Shown here piece by piece: positions 39,163 through 52,198 of a stretch of 64,000 bases of DNA (its first letter is position 1; every line of letters begins with the position of its first letter). The position numbers and the translations under genes were made by a program. Where the stretch lies: contig OZ249446.1 in the NCBI GenBank assembly GCA_965235115.1, positions 4,960,001 through 5,024,000 of the forward strand. The letters are read 5' to 3'. The notes below the pieces were generated by a model, which saw only the letters and a list, made by a program, of their open reading frames with translations, ran no database searches and was not told the origin of the DNA. Source of the DNA: Laetmonice hystrix (Eukaryota).

Positions 39163-40843
39163 GTCTCTATAACCGTTTTAAGGCACCGTCGATACGATAT
39201 CAACCGTTAACTTGCCTGCCTCAGAACGTGATCATGTTGCGGAACTGTTAACGGATTTACGTTTCCTGGCTGACACTTCCTGCGGAGGCGATCCATGTTT
39301 CATCCTCACCGAGTCCACCACGGAATACTCTGACGTGATCAGTCTCCGCGTGGGCCGTGACCTGTCTCAGGTATACGGTGACACAACACGCTATGACAAG
39401 ATAATGGCAACGACTCGACATTTGGAACTGACACACGGGAATAATTTCACCCGCTGAAAGTAATGGATCCACACGACAGGAAGGAGGTGCTCCGCTATGG
39501 ACGCCGGTCTCCTGGTGGCGAATTTCGACAAACTATCGCTGTAGATATAAATTTCAGACTACTTTTTTTCGTAATGTCGGTATTCTTTTACGCGGAAGGA
39601 TCCATGCCATCTTTTGCCACGCTCTTTTTTATGGGGAGAGAACCAAAAGCCTTCTTTTAAGCCTGAGACACTAAGCCGAAGCCTAAAGCGATTGGGCCAT
39701 ACCTTCAAACTGACAACCAATTCTTAATTCTGCCAAAGGGTTACCATGTATACAAAATTATGAATTTTGTGTGTCTGCTAGCAAAATGAATGAGACTTCC
39801 CAAACAATGATATAACCATAGCCGACAGATTGTACTTAATATGACTGGCTAGGTCAGCACAGACTTTTCAAAATCTCCGTCCCAGAAGATCATAAGATCA
39901 ACCAATCAGTGTGTTCGGTATAGTTCGGCCCACCCTTATGTCCTGGGCAATCGTGGCTGATCACCAGGTATCATGCATGTAAATTATTTTGAAAGAAACA
40001 ATTGTAATTGAACATACGTAGTTATCCGTCTCTCGTCGGGTTCTCTCCCCACAGCGGCGTCTTCTTCAGATACAGACAAATATTTACGATTCAGACCTGA
40101 TTCGGCTGCTATTGATCAGATCGTAAAGCAGACGCTGTCGACAGGTCATTTAATAATCTTGCAAGAACTTGGATGAAAGGGTGTCATCCTACCATGATGC
40201 ATGAAGCTGCCGGCAATTGCTCATCGGAGACTGCACCAAATTCATCGGAAACTGCACCAAATTCGGGTTACAGTACTTGGAGGATGAGAACTATTTTTAG
40301 CCGGAGACCATTATTCAAATATGATCTAAAGCGTACTGCGCCATTTCATCGGGACAGACACTGTTCCTATGCCCAAAGGATCGATGCTCAATTTCCGTAT
40401 ATACCATAGCTCTGGCCTCGACCAGTGTCGGAGAAAATAACAGAAGAAATGACTAAGTTTGTGTGGTCATGAATCATCAGAAGTCCATTATGTCGTTTTT
40501 CCCCCAAAGGGCAAACACTTCGTTCTTTCTTTAGTGAGAACCTGCTACTCCGTCTCACAGGGGGCTGTCATCATGCCAAGTAATTGTCTTATAATCAACC
40601 TGTCACTTATTTTAAGACAAGAACGTCAAGGCAAAGCATTTCACTCACTATTAATATTATATTTTTGATATTATTTCTTTTTGCCATGTATAACCCAATA
40701 CAATAGCAAGATATATAAGTACTAAGTATGGAGGTTTCTGGCTGACCTTTTGCAAACCGGAATATAGGTTCCTCTGGTCGAGTTCCTGGCATTATGTTTT
40801 ACAGGCTATTTATTATACGGCCCGACGTTCATAGACATTGGGA

Positions 40844-41181
40844 GGGGGGACCGGGGTGGCGCAGTGGTTAGAGCACGGGACCTTTGATCCAAGGGTTCTG
40901 GGTTCGATCCGCGGCCGGGCCGGACTTTCCTGCATAAGCAGTGCTGCCGACTGCTTTATCAAAGGCCGGCCGTGTCACGATACGTCTATGTGGATGGGCA
41001 CGTTAAAGATCCCTTGGCACCTATCGATAAGAGTAGGGGTTCGCCCCGATGCCAGGTTTCCTCCTATCATCTCATTATCACCCAATGGATTTCACCGACT
41101 CAGTTAGTTACCTTGTTCTCGCCCTGAAATAGCTGAAACACTGCTGACTGGGCGTTAAACACCAACTACTCACTCACTCAC
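40844..41181 (+). mobile_element. Full-length tRNA-derived SINE with (CACT)n tail and perfect 15-bp TSD
   Basis: A box TGGCGCAGTGG, B box GGTTCGATCC, tail GGCGTTAAACACCAACTACTCACTCACTCAC; TSD TCATAGACATTGGGA at 40829-40843 and 41182-41196. Confidence 0.93.
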
Positions 41182-42369
41182 TCATAGACATTGGGACGAC
41201 CTGCAACGATGTTTCCTCGTGTAGGTCGGGCATTTGCCAGTGTCCGGGAGCACCGCTTGAAATCTCAGCCAAAAATATAAGGTAGAAGGCCAGCTGGCAG
41301 GAGAAACATCCGCTTGGTGTCAGAGGTTGCCCTTCAACTGCCGACTGACGAGGAGTGCCTGAAGCCAGTCATTGGCCAGGATCAGGCTATTGCCACGAGT
41401 TGGCCAGTTGTACGGCGGGGGCCCCTGCAACCCAAGGCTGGGAGGGGCCCGGGGTGGCGGTGATGGTGGAAAGGTAGGGGGGTCATATCGGTTTGAGCAA
41501 TGAAGGCGAGCCGGATCCCATACCTCCAAGGACTTGCCCACGTTTGAAGACGTGATGGTTACTCCAGATAAGATCATCAGCGGTACCCTTCATCTACGCT
41601 AACTGCTAATTGCACAATAAAAACCACAACGGTAATTTAAAAGCAGGGTTGTCTTTTTTCATCCCAGGGTCTCCCTTGGCATTACTCCTAGTTCTTTGAG
41701 TCATTCAAAATTAAGTGTCATGTAGCTAAAAAGGCATCAGGATATAGATTACGTACTTGCATGAAAGTTGCGCATTTACAATATTGTAGAATTGTAGAAT
41801 TAGAATCAGAATTAAAAGGTTGGTGCTGCTCCTTGTGTCCCTCCCCTTCACCAACCCTTCCACCACATAAAAACCTTGGTATTCGCACAACTGGAATAAG
41901 GTCCGGGCATTCCGTCTGAACGGCTGGTTTCAAATAAACATGCCATCGAGAGGCCAGCCGAATCGATGACTTATTTGTTCAACGCCGAGCTGGTGTAAGT
42001 CTAGTCTACACATTGTCGTGCCCTGGGCGTCAACGCCACTGACTTGAAAAGCAGTGGTTCAAACCATTGTCGGTTTTTTTCTATCTACCCGACGATCCTC
42101 CATCGACTATGCCCCGCCCATAGGCACCTGTACCGATCGTCAGACATGTAAATCCCATTATATGAGTACAGTGATGAGAACATATTGAGACGGCCCTGTT
42201 GGTCGGTGCGGAACTGTCCCAACCAACAACAACCCGAACTCTGTATATGGGAGCCATCATCTATAGAAGAAATGGTATAAATATGGTACAATTTTAAAGC
42301 AAAAACTCATGGATGCTACTTGAATTTTCACGCCGTCATGTGGCCTATACAGTTAGGGAAATAATGGGT

Positions 42370-42616
42370 CAGGCGCGGATCCAAGAGGGGGGCGGGGTGG
42401 CTTTTTTGAGAAGTGCTTATTCAAACAGAGGAATCTCAGGAAATTTCGCTAGGATAGAGATACCAGTTCTTTCTCTCACTTACCAAGAAATCGCAAATAT
42501 AACACTTAAATTTTCCTGGGGAGGACCCCGTCACCAACTGCTAAGGTGGGCCTTCGTCGTTTTCTTTGGGGGGGGGGGGGTGCGCCCCCTTTTATGAAAT
42601 CCTGGATCTGCGCCTG
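42370..42616. mobile_element. MITE with CAGGCGCGGATCCA-type TIRs
   Basis: Left CAGGCGCGGATCCAAG, right CCTGGATCTGCGCCTG (14/16); G-rich subterminal tracts. Confidence 0.8.
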
Positions 42617-44046
42617 TGTGTTAAAGACTGCACTCTATCTTATCTGAAGGTCTTTCTCCTCTTCTCTAAAGACAATACATCAGAGTGGCCCGTGCTTGGC
42701 AAGACTATGTCAGCAGGGAACCATGTTTACTTCCTCTTCAGTGGTTTTCATTTCCTCGCATGCAGGGTAATTAATTCTAAATTCTGCAACAGCCTTGGAG
42801 AACTTCACGTTCCTCGTTCATGCATATTGCTCCCAAGACGGTGTATTCTGGGTACGTAATAGCTTCCATGCATAACCATGTGCAAAAGAAGCCATATTAG
42901 GCATGCCAACCTTAGCATAAAGTACGCTTTTTAGAAGGACGCCGGCTGGGACTAATTAATTCACAATGTTCATTTACAATATACTCCCCATATGGGCGAC
43001 TCCTTCCATTCAATTTACAGTACCGTAACGGTACGCATTGGGGCGGTTATCAATCTTGTAGCGAACAACAAAAACGGAAACTGGGGGGGGGGGGGGGACT
43101 GTTGGGCCCGCTGTAAAATAGTGGTGGGAAAATTGTGCTTTTTAACAAATCTATAGTTAAAGCTGAGTTGCTATACGCTCTGTGTTAAATTTCCAAAGTG
43201 AAAATACTGCCAAGAAAGGCTCTGGCCTGGCAAAACTGTTGAAACTGAAAATTATATAGAAGTAGCAATTTCAAAAACGAGAAAAAATTTCTTATACTTT
43301 TTTTTCAGTTTTCTATTCTTTTCAAATGTTGTTCCAGATGTTATTTTTCTAGCCTAAAAACTTTGATTCAATATTGGAAACATTTGTTCATTCCCAGCCC
43401 GTGTTTAATGTTGGACATTCCGCCTGACACCAGGAAATTCTTCAAGAAGGGGTTCCGGTGAAAACCAGTCCGATTGAGAGTTCTGATTGGTGAGATCTGT
43501 ATCAGTGTGGCGGACACGCACCTTACACCAGGCCAGAATCGTTCAATACGGAAGAAGTCTCTTGTAACGTCCTTGTTCATGATCATTTCTTTTCCGGCTT
43601 TTTTCTTTAAACGCCTACGCCTCCCAACAAAGGGTCAAATCGTACAGGAAACAATGTCTTCCGTCCTTAGTTGTCAATTATTAGAGCAGCATCTTACAGA
43701 AGCTTCCATTTCCCACTAATTAGATGCACTTATAGATTTTTACCACCCCCCGCCCTCTTCCCGACCAAGAAAAGGTCAGGCCAGACGAGGTTTGTATCCG
43801 ACTAGGGCCCCGTTGCTCCACGATTCGTTAGTACATTCTTTAAAGAAATTTACGATAATAACCTTCTATAGTGTTGCTTTACATTATTTCGTATCGTATC
43901 TTATCATAGAAAAACGTGAACATTCTTACTTCCCAAGACAGCCTCAAGGGGCTGTCTTAAGAAGTTATTTGTCCTTTGATCCATCCGTTGATACATGGGG
44001 CCCATCCTATTATCCTATGGTCCCGTACGAAAGGAGAGATAATACT

Positions 44047-44176
44047 CAAGTGCTGGACCTATTGCCTTAGGGCCCCAAGTGCTGGACCTATTGCCTTAGG
44101 GCCCCAAGTGCTAGATCTATTGCCTTAGGGCCCCAAGTGCTGGATCTATTGCCTTAGGGCCCCAAGTGATGGACCA
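44047..44176. repeat. 29-bp minisatellite, about 4.5 copies (CAAGTGCTGGACCTATTGCCTTAGGGCCC)
   Basis: Period read directly. Confidence 0.95.
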
Positions 44177-44537
44177 ATTCGCACGATTAAAATAGATACT
44201 ATACGGCGTGCGATTCGCATACTACCCTTCAATAAAACGTTTATTCAGTGCGCTGATAAGGCAGCCCTTGTATATATCATCATTTTTCTATAATATTATA
44301 AAATACTGACTATATCTATTAACAAGATAAGATCTTCCACAGCTGCATGAATGTAATTGCCTATCTTTAATCACGGCTTTTAAGATATCCCGATATACAG
44401 AAATAGTCCATTCACTTAAAAAAGACCAAGGCGTTTTGTAGAATATTAATCGAAAAATGCATTTTTTCTCTGTTTAATTGCCGTCTGGTAATGGTGTGTC
44501 TATCGAACCGTTTACGAAATCAGTGACGTAAAACAGA

Positions 44538-44655
44538 CAGCGAATAACTATAATACAGAACGGTTCTCTGAGTATGCCGCTTGATATTGCCGCCTGCAGC
44601 GAATAACTATAATACAGAACAGTTCTCTGAGTATGCCGCTTGATATTGCCGCTTG
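44538..44655. repeat. 59-bp tandem duplication
   Basis: CAGCGAATAACTATAATACAGAAC... at 44538 and 44597. Confidence 0.9.
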
Positions 44656-46337
44656 ATGTTACGTCTGTGTAAACCGACCCTACATGTGACCATTATTTTA
44701 ATACATATGGGGCTATAAGGCATTATTTTAACCCCCCCCCCCCCCAGTTATCTGTGATATATCTTTTTAACCCCTATTTTGTTCGCATTTTTGCTGTATT
44801 ATTTTCTTTCATCGTATTAGTCCTCATTTTAATATTTTGTTGTTGTTGCTACTTTTATTAATGAGCACGGATGGGGACAGTGTCTATAAGCTGCATGATT
44901 GCCTACAAATCAGAAATGCAATTTATCTACAATTAGATAATGTCACTATTGATATTGGTGTGTTTCAGGGGCGGCAAAGGTACGACCCAAGAGCCGTATG
45001 TCGGGAAAACAAGCCGGTCGACTTGGGCAGGCGGGGATGGGCAGCGCTGACGGAACTGGGTCGGGGTCCACGTACTCCGACCTTTATGGTACAGGTGTCG
45101 AATGCTTAACCTGCTTACAGTTACCTTCAACCAGATAACCAACCAGCTGCTGCTCTCATTAACCATTAATGTCTGTCAGCTGGAATGGTCGGAGATTAAA
45201 AATGACAGCAGGGGATCCTGCTGTCGTTCTTGTAACGTCTACACATGTAATCATACCATCAAATGTTGAAAGTCCTGTCTTCCTGGGAGAGGTACAATTG
45301 GATGAATCACACTTTCCAACGGCTTTTGAATCTTTTGTTGGCCATTGGCCGGGGAACTTGAGACCACACCCCCCTCCGCCTCCTCTGTAATGCTTAAATA
45401 CTGAATTTCGGTGTAGAATTCAGGGTTGTAAAGTCTACATGGGGAACGAGACGGACAGGGAGAGGGAGACATAGTCTTTGAAAGGGAGAGAGAGTCACTC
45501 ATTAATATGAAGGATTCAACCTCAAAACAATGACAAAACTGTTGAAACCCCTTAGGTTGAACTTCAAGGTGTCCTTGACGTCATAATATCAGATAGGCCA
45601 CCTATAACATAAGTTTACCAACCCCCTGTCCAAACCCCGCACTTTTTTGATTGGGTCCAAGACCCCGCCACAACCTGTAGAATATACATTGATCTAACAT
45701 TGGCGTCTGCGCAAAAAGGACGTAAATTGTCAGTCTGGAGGTCATTATGGGGGAGGGGAACGCGACTTGACATCTGAGAGACAAGACCCTTGCTGTGTGC
45801 GCCTGGGTTTGACTCCATGCGATGACAAACTGCGGGTATTCTGATTGGTCTAGTTGAAGGAAGTAGAGCCCTGTAACTGGGCAAGGGGCCAAAGGGGTGA
45901 CCGAAATTGGTTTCTATTATTACATCGTCAACGAAAGGTACACTTAGTTATCTTCAGTCCTAGGCTCTAGAGTTGGCTCAAAGTGTATGTCTGGTATGAG
46001 GTTTCAAAGGAAATGCTATGGTACGTCATTATTGGTTTGACGAGCCATGCCAGTCTTCCTAATTATTTTTGCGACTTGGCGACGTTTCTGGGACAATAAC
46101 AATCTCATGGAATGACAGGGAACTGGTTTGGTGTCCTTTATTTACAAATCAGACCGTTTTGTCAGCGGTAAGAAGTAATTAGTTAATGCGTCGAACGTTA
46201 AAATATTAAAGAAAAAAAAGACACGTTTACAATAAGCATGAAGTGAATGGTACGGTCTGGTTAGTTAGGTTTGGAAGATCAAATAATCTAAGTCTGATCC
46301 GATTGCTTTATACAATTCGAATATGTTATTCCTGGGT

Positions 46338-46532
46338 CAGGGTCGTAGCCTGCCCAAAAATCCCAGGGGGGGGGGGGGCAGTGTCCTATGAACATTAACC
46401 ACATAGGCCTACCAGGTGATAACGCGTCATTGTGCTGGTCGAGCTGGGCCTGGGGTCTGGGTTCAAAAAATGGAAATCCCAGGGGGCAGTTGCCCCCTTG
46501 CCCCCCCCCCCCCCCCGCAGGCTACGGCCACA
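46338..46532. mobile_element. MITE with GG(T/C)CGTAGCCTGC TIRs and poly-G/poly-C tracts
   Basis: Left CAGGGTCGTAGCCTGC, right GCAGGCTACGGCC; a related end occurs near 47830-47885. Confidence 0.7.
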
Positions 46533-47439
46533 TGTGATAGTTCGACACCAGGAAATTGTACATTGGTGTTCACAGAATGTCGGGAAATGAACTTTTCTTT
46601 CAATTTCTTGACGTAAAATGTCTATCAGAACTTGCTTTTAATCTTTACCTAAGACCTGTAGTACTTCAATACTTCTAATTTTGCCGGAACTCTGTTTTTA
46701 TCCTAGCATAACGTTGAGTGTATGTGCACACCCTTTCTGTGGTCCTCGACCTGGAGGGGGATATGTAAAGCAATTACCACCACTGTAGTAATGTAGGGAA
46801 CAACGAGGCGCCGGTCTCCACGTTCGGTCGTAGTCTGGAAACAGACGCTGTTGAAAACCTGACAGTACGAAGAGTTCGGCTCGGTTGGTGTGTGTCCACC
46901 TGGAGAGGGCAGGGTATAACTCGGCGACAGGTGGACACAACTCTTCTAAAGGAATCTAGCAATAGAACCCATACCCCGTCAGTGGGCTCAATCTGCGGCA
47001 AGGTTCCAAACCAGTTGACTCTCAATGGGCTATCGTGTGTTCTCCAGACGCCAGATCTTCGAACGGTATAGGACTTGGACCAAGTCTCAAGGATCAGTTC
47101 CCCTTTTTTTAGTACTCTGAATTTTTAGTTACTCTCAGCTCGATACACATGATAATAAAAAGTGTCCTGAGACACTCTAGTCCCAGAACTTGATCAGAAC
47201 TTGATTCTTCCGTGATCATCTCAGGTGCAATCGGTAGCTGGAATAGCTCACAATACATTACACAGCATTTTGACCCAAGCTTCTGAGTCCCAATTCTCTG
47301 TGGCAGTCTAAGCATAAATCAAGTATACTATATATATAATTGGAAAACTATCGTGAGATATATCGTATCGTTTGTTGTATCGTGATATGTATCGTATCGT
47401 GGCACAAGTGTATCGTTTCAGCCCTACTAAATCCCATGA
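46473..47439 (-). repeat. Dispersed composite repeat, copy B (inverted homolog of 16745-17473)
   Basis: Core 46877-47180 nearly identical to the reverse complement of 16923-17227; both outer blocks also align. Confidence 0.9.
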
Positions 47440-48149
47440 CAGAAAGGATCACCTAACTTTTTTTTACGAAATGCCATATTTTTTAATCGATCTCTTGCAG
47501 ACCGGCAGAAGACAATGCCTTTAGAAGGTGTTGCTATAGCTTGCCCCAGCTGAACACCTCAGACTCGCGCTGGCCACGGTAAAACTGGACTTCACACGGA
47601 AGGTCAATAGAAAACAACCACTCGTGCCCGTTTTTGCCCAATAAAATTAGCCAAATGGTTGTATATAAAAGGAGTTCCTTTAACTTAACTGAAACACCCG
47701 TCGCCGCAAAGACCTCTTTGGCTCAGCGACCAGTTCAAAGACGTGTTTCGGGCTTAGTCAAACGCACCCCAGGTGTCAATATCAGGGTCAATATTGGAGA
47801 TCTATAGCCCCAATACTATTTCTTTTAAATTGGAAATCCTAAGGCGGCAGTTGCCCCCCTTGACCCCCTTCAGGCTACGGCCCTGTGGGTAGTAGTATAA
47901 TATCGGATTTGAGGTTTTTAATCCATGTCACTCCATCGCAGTTTCTTTCTCCATCCCTCTTTTTTATGTTTTTCTACGTAATTATCGACATATCCGTCTT
48001 CCTTAATTAAGATTGATTGTGATTTAGAATGAGAAAAAAAGTAAGTTTTACTTGAGAACGTAAAATATGGCCTCATGCACAAAACCAGCGGTGTATTCAT
48101 AGAAGCAAAGACGGTCGTACCCTTATCTCTCGGGGTTATCGAGATCATA

Positions 48150-48480
48150 AAGAATCATGAAATATGTCGAGAAACACCGTCTAGTCCTACAGTGCAAAAC
48201 CATCAGCGGTAGATAGACAAGATTTTTAGGGTTTAGTCGTGGCTTATCAATGTCATTCCAATATTTGATGGCCGAAAGGAACTGAGGCCCAGACGGATAC
48301 ATCATCTTTAGAAGGATGTTTGTCAACATGTTATTGGTGTCGGTACCCCACTGTCTCAAATAGAAAACGGCGAGAGTAGAGCTGGAAACAGTTACTGCCA
48401 AACTTTGTGGGTTATTTACATCTCTAAGTTGAAAGGAGGCACCCTGACTGTGGGCACAACTGAGCTGACACGTGTGGGAA
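48150..48480 (+). mobile_element. Decayed LINE apurinic endonuclease domain
   Basis: RLVLQCKTISGR, GPDGYIIFRR, ELETVTAKL and KGGTLTVG follow the order of APE motifs (N-terminal N.RS, P.GY..FRRDR, E..W.K, ..G..YRPP); remnant may extend to about 49200. Confidence 0.42.
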
Positions 48481-50164
48481 AGGTACTTTAAAAACCATAA
48501 ACCAGCAACACAGTAACATCAACAAATTCTCTCCTTGAAACTCTGTAATTGCCACTGAACAAGTACAAGGATCCTTGGGCCCACGTCGATGTACATGATG
48601 TTTACGACGTGTCAGAAACATCATCGTGTGCGAGTGCATATATATATTTTTATTCTCCCTTGCGGTGTCCCAGCATGTGCGCTATCCATCTTCAGCTACG
48701 TCCGACTGCACATAAGGTACTTGAAATAGCACAAGTCTCTAGGTCTAGTAGTTTTAAGGGTACAAAGGGGAAGTGACACCTCGAATATATGCCCAGAAGG
48801 CACAAATCAGTGGGGCTTAGTAGATTGAAGTGCTTAGCGGATTTCGAATGAACCTTCTGGGCTTTCGTACGAATCGGTGTTGGACCGCTTGGAATTCCGT
48901 CACAATAAAACGCACATCGCGACAAGGTGAAATAAATTAGGCCAAACCGTAAACCAAATGGCGTTCCTGTTCTGCATCTTCTTCCGCCCAAACAACGGGG
49001 GATAGGAAAGAGTGACGGACGAAAAAAAAAAACCCGAACAACCACAAAAGCCATCGTCCAGATTGTGATAAATTCCAATAACAATTTCCCAGGCCAAGGT
49101 ACGTCATAACAACGTCCTAGATTTGACCAGTGGATAGACAACATTTCGCGCAGAGCGACTGGAAGACATTTATCGTGGTTTCCACGAGAATTCATACCGT
49201 GTCACTCGGCGCCCAGTCCCCAGCAGACAAGGAAATTTACTGTAAAAAATATGTTCATTAACCTTTCAGTGAATGTAAAAATCATTACGTTCCCGACCAG
49301 GGATCAATACCTGTCCTGAAATAAACCCGCCCCCAGCTATGGTACCTGTTCGCGTAGTAATCACGCTCAGCCAACAAAATAGCCTCTGTTCTCAAGGCGA
49401 GGCTCCTTACGAGAACATTCTATAGGGTCGTCGCAACGGGATGGTCGAAACGTATGTGGGGGTTAACTTGTTTGGCAATTATTTATATAAGAAATTTAAT
49501 AAATTATAAAGCAAACCACGATTTCCTTGTGATGTTAAAGACACAGATCTGAGCTATGGTGCATGGTATATTTCATAACTCGCCCTTTGCACTAAGCAAA
49601 GCTCATGAGAGGGTTCTGGTCTAAGGGGGGCCTGAGGGCATGTGAAGAAAATAGGCTTAGCACACCGGTGTGATTCATCTAGAGCGGTTGCTCACTGCAA
49701 AACACTTGTGTATACGGAGATTTAAGAACATGTTTATCCTTAAGAAACAAGCAAATATTTATCTACTAATGTTAAATAACGAGTTTGCTCACATAATATG
49801 CATGCAACAAACAATTTCGCTTTGTGTTCCTAGTATTTAAGTAATCTCAACTAAATAAACTTGACGAAAAATGTTTTGGCCCCAGTGAGGTGGTCATGAC
49901 AGATAATGCCTTGCGTTGAGTAAACCTAATTTTGTTCTTGTTGACCGGGTGATAGAGTTGCCCTTTGAGTGTGCATCACGAGGGCCAGACAGCGGGGGTA
50001 ATTACGACATTGCGTTCATCAGCCCTGCCAACGAGCCCTTGTGTGGAGGCCGGTTGATATCAACCTGCCCAGTGAACTGACCAATGACGATAGCAGCGTT
50101 CATGTGGGACGCCGGGGGATACGGTGATTGTATCGTAACGAGTAGTCTGTGGACGCAGCCGGCC

Positions 50165-50525
50165 AGGATCATGGGGTGTGGCTCCTCCATAGGGTGTGGC
50201 TCCTATATTGTGTGGCTCTTTCCATAGGGTGTGGCTCCTATATTGTGTGGCTCCTTCTGTATGGTGTGGCTCTTTCCATAGGCTGTGGCTCCTTCTATAT
50301 TGTGTGGCTCCTTATGTATGGTGTGGCTCTTTCCATAGGGTGTGGCTCCTATATTGTGTGGCTCCTTCTAGGCCATTGTGTAACTCCTATAGGGGGTGGT
50401 TCCTTCTATAGGGTGTGGCTCCTTCCATAGGGTGTGGCTCCTTCTATATTGTGTAACTCCTATAGGGGGTGGCTCCTTCTATAGGATGCATGTGGCTGCT
50501 TCTATAGGGTGTGACTCCTTCTATA
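50165..50525. repeat. Degenerate minisatellite of alternating ATAGGGTGTGGCTCC / ATATTGTGTGGCTCC subunits
   Basis: Recurrent TGTGGCTC motif every 16-20 bp; lies about 130 bp upstream of the second coding exon. Confidence 0.85.
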
Positions 50526-50657
50526 GCACAGTAAGGCACAGTAAAGAAATAAATTCCGGGGTCTCTGTTAGTCCCAAGGCTCAGGGTACATACCCCCTTA
50601 CCCCCGCTCTCTGCGCTATTCCATACATATGTTTTACTATGTTTCTACTATCTGCAG

Positions 50658-50806
50658 GGACGTACGCGTTTCGGAATATGTCCCACGAGGAACGATTACT
50701 AGCATACCTGTTCCGAGAGTACGATCCTGTTGCCCGGGCAGTCATGGATACCAGCAAGCCAGTCGTAGTTTCTGTCGACTTTGTCCTTCTGAGAATCCAT
50801 GGCCTG
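50658..50806 (+). CDS. nAChR-like Cys-loop channel, second coding exon (TYAFRNMSHEERLLAYLFREYDPVARAVMDTSKPVVVSVDFVLLRIHGL)
   Basis: Matches the pLGIC N-terminal helix and beta1 pattern (E.RL...LF..Y....R.V......V.V...L..I..L); acceptor CTATCTGCAG, donor CTG|GTAAGT; phase 1 in, phase 0 out. Confidence 0.93.
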
Positions 50807-51714
50807 GTAAGTTTCTTTACTTATACCGGTTCCTTTGTATTATATTCTTCGTGTACTTTGCATACCATGAACCAACAACCTCTTTTAACGTCTCCGGCGC
50901 ATTATGTTAGGTGGCACGCTCGATAATCGACTAGAGTGCCTCCGATTAACATGAAGTGAATTAAATCATTTTAGCTTTCAGATGTAATAGTTAAAATGCT
51001 TTGATGATAATCTAATAAGGTAAGGGCATGTCAACATGTATATTATACGTGCGGTTTCTGCCCTTTATGGTTGGTGTAGTGTTTTTTTAGTGTTTTACAC
51101 ACTGAGGCTACATTTCGAAAGTTCGTTGTTTTAAGGTAGACCTATTAACTAAAATTAAATTAAATTAAATTACATTTAAAAAAAAAACATTATTATAGTA
51201 GTCATACTATACCTACGTTTCGGATGCCCACTTGTGTATTCCACTTTCTCCTTTGACTGTTAAAAAAAGAAGAAAACGAAAATGCTGATTATGCCTTCAG
51301 ATGCGTCATGATGAAAAACGTTATTACATGGTAAAATAGGGATGAGTTGTGTTCATCCGTCCGTTAGAATCCCGTAAAGCCCGTCCCAGAGTTATAAGGG
51401 CAGGGAACTGTTAACCTCATTAAATCTGACCGGTCGACCTGCCACTATCTACCATGCCAGCATCTCATGGTCGACTCAAACGATGTCCTAAACTTGGAGC
51501 TGAGCCTAGACCCCTCTATCTGTTCCTCTCTCACAACCGCATGTATTGAGGACACAACGGCGCCATTACATCAAGTGACGCCGGCTTCAGAATGCCTTCT
51601 GGCAGACGTCGTTTGAAGGGCCCATGGTATACCGCCAGATACTGTCGGTTCGTCATCCATGCAACCATGGTAACGCTCAAGGTTCCCGTTGTTTATGGTA
51701 TCAGGTGGTGTCGA

Positions 51715-51728
51715 GTTCCCATGGAAAC
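51715..51728. promoter_or_regulatory. RFX X-box consensus match GTTCCCATGGAAAC
   Basis: Fits GTHNYYATRRNAAC exactly; half-site CCATGGTAAC at 51665-51674. Confidence 0.35.
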
Positions 51729-52198
51729 CAACAAAGTCTGACCTATCGCTGCGTAATAACAAACACCTCGTAATAGGTCGGTGTCCACAAGCCCACAAAA
51801 TCAGGACGCAAAATATACCCGCCAATGAAGAAGGAAATGCCAGTAAAGAAATATGGCAACCACACCCAGGTGATCAGCGGGGCTTCTTACTGTGCAAAAT
51901 ATAATAGTACCAGAGGGGTTACACTTCTATATGTGTTTGAGACACAGAGTCCATTTTATCACTATCATTTAGAAAATTATATCAATACCACGTTATATTC
52001 AACGAATGGCATATTCGACCATTTCGGCCATGGCCAGGGAGAATTTATTTATTTCACCTATTTTCCACCCGAAATTATACATTTCCAAAAACACCCCCCC
52101 CCCCTAAATATCTAATGGTCGCCCCCTAAGTGTGAGCATTGTCAGGTAACGTTATTTTCTCATTATGTTAATAAGGTGAAATCAGTCATCTCTTAGCC

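Noticed and set aside
40844-40920. tRNA gene (also 57310-57391)
   Set aside because: A and B boxes are present, but each continues into a SINE body and tail and has no clean cloverleaf.
50396-50926. 176-aa ORF as a single-exon gene
   Set aside because: It is the real exon 50658-50806 read through into flanking intron and repeat sequence.
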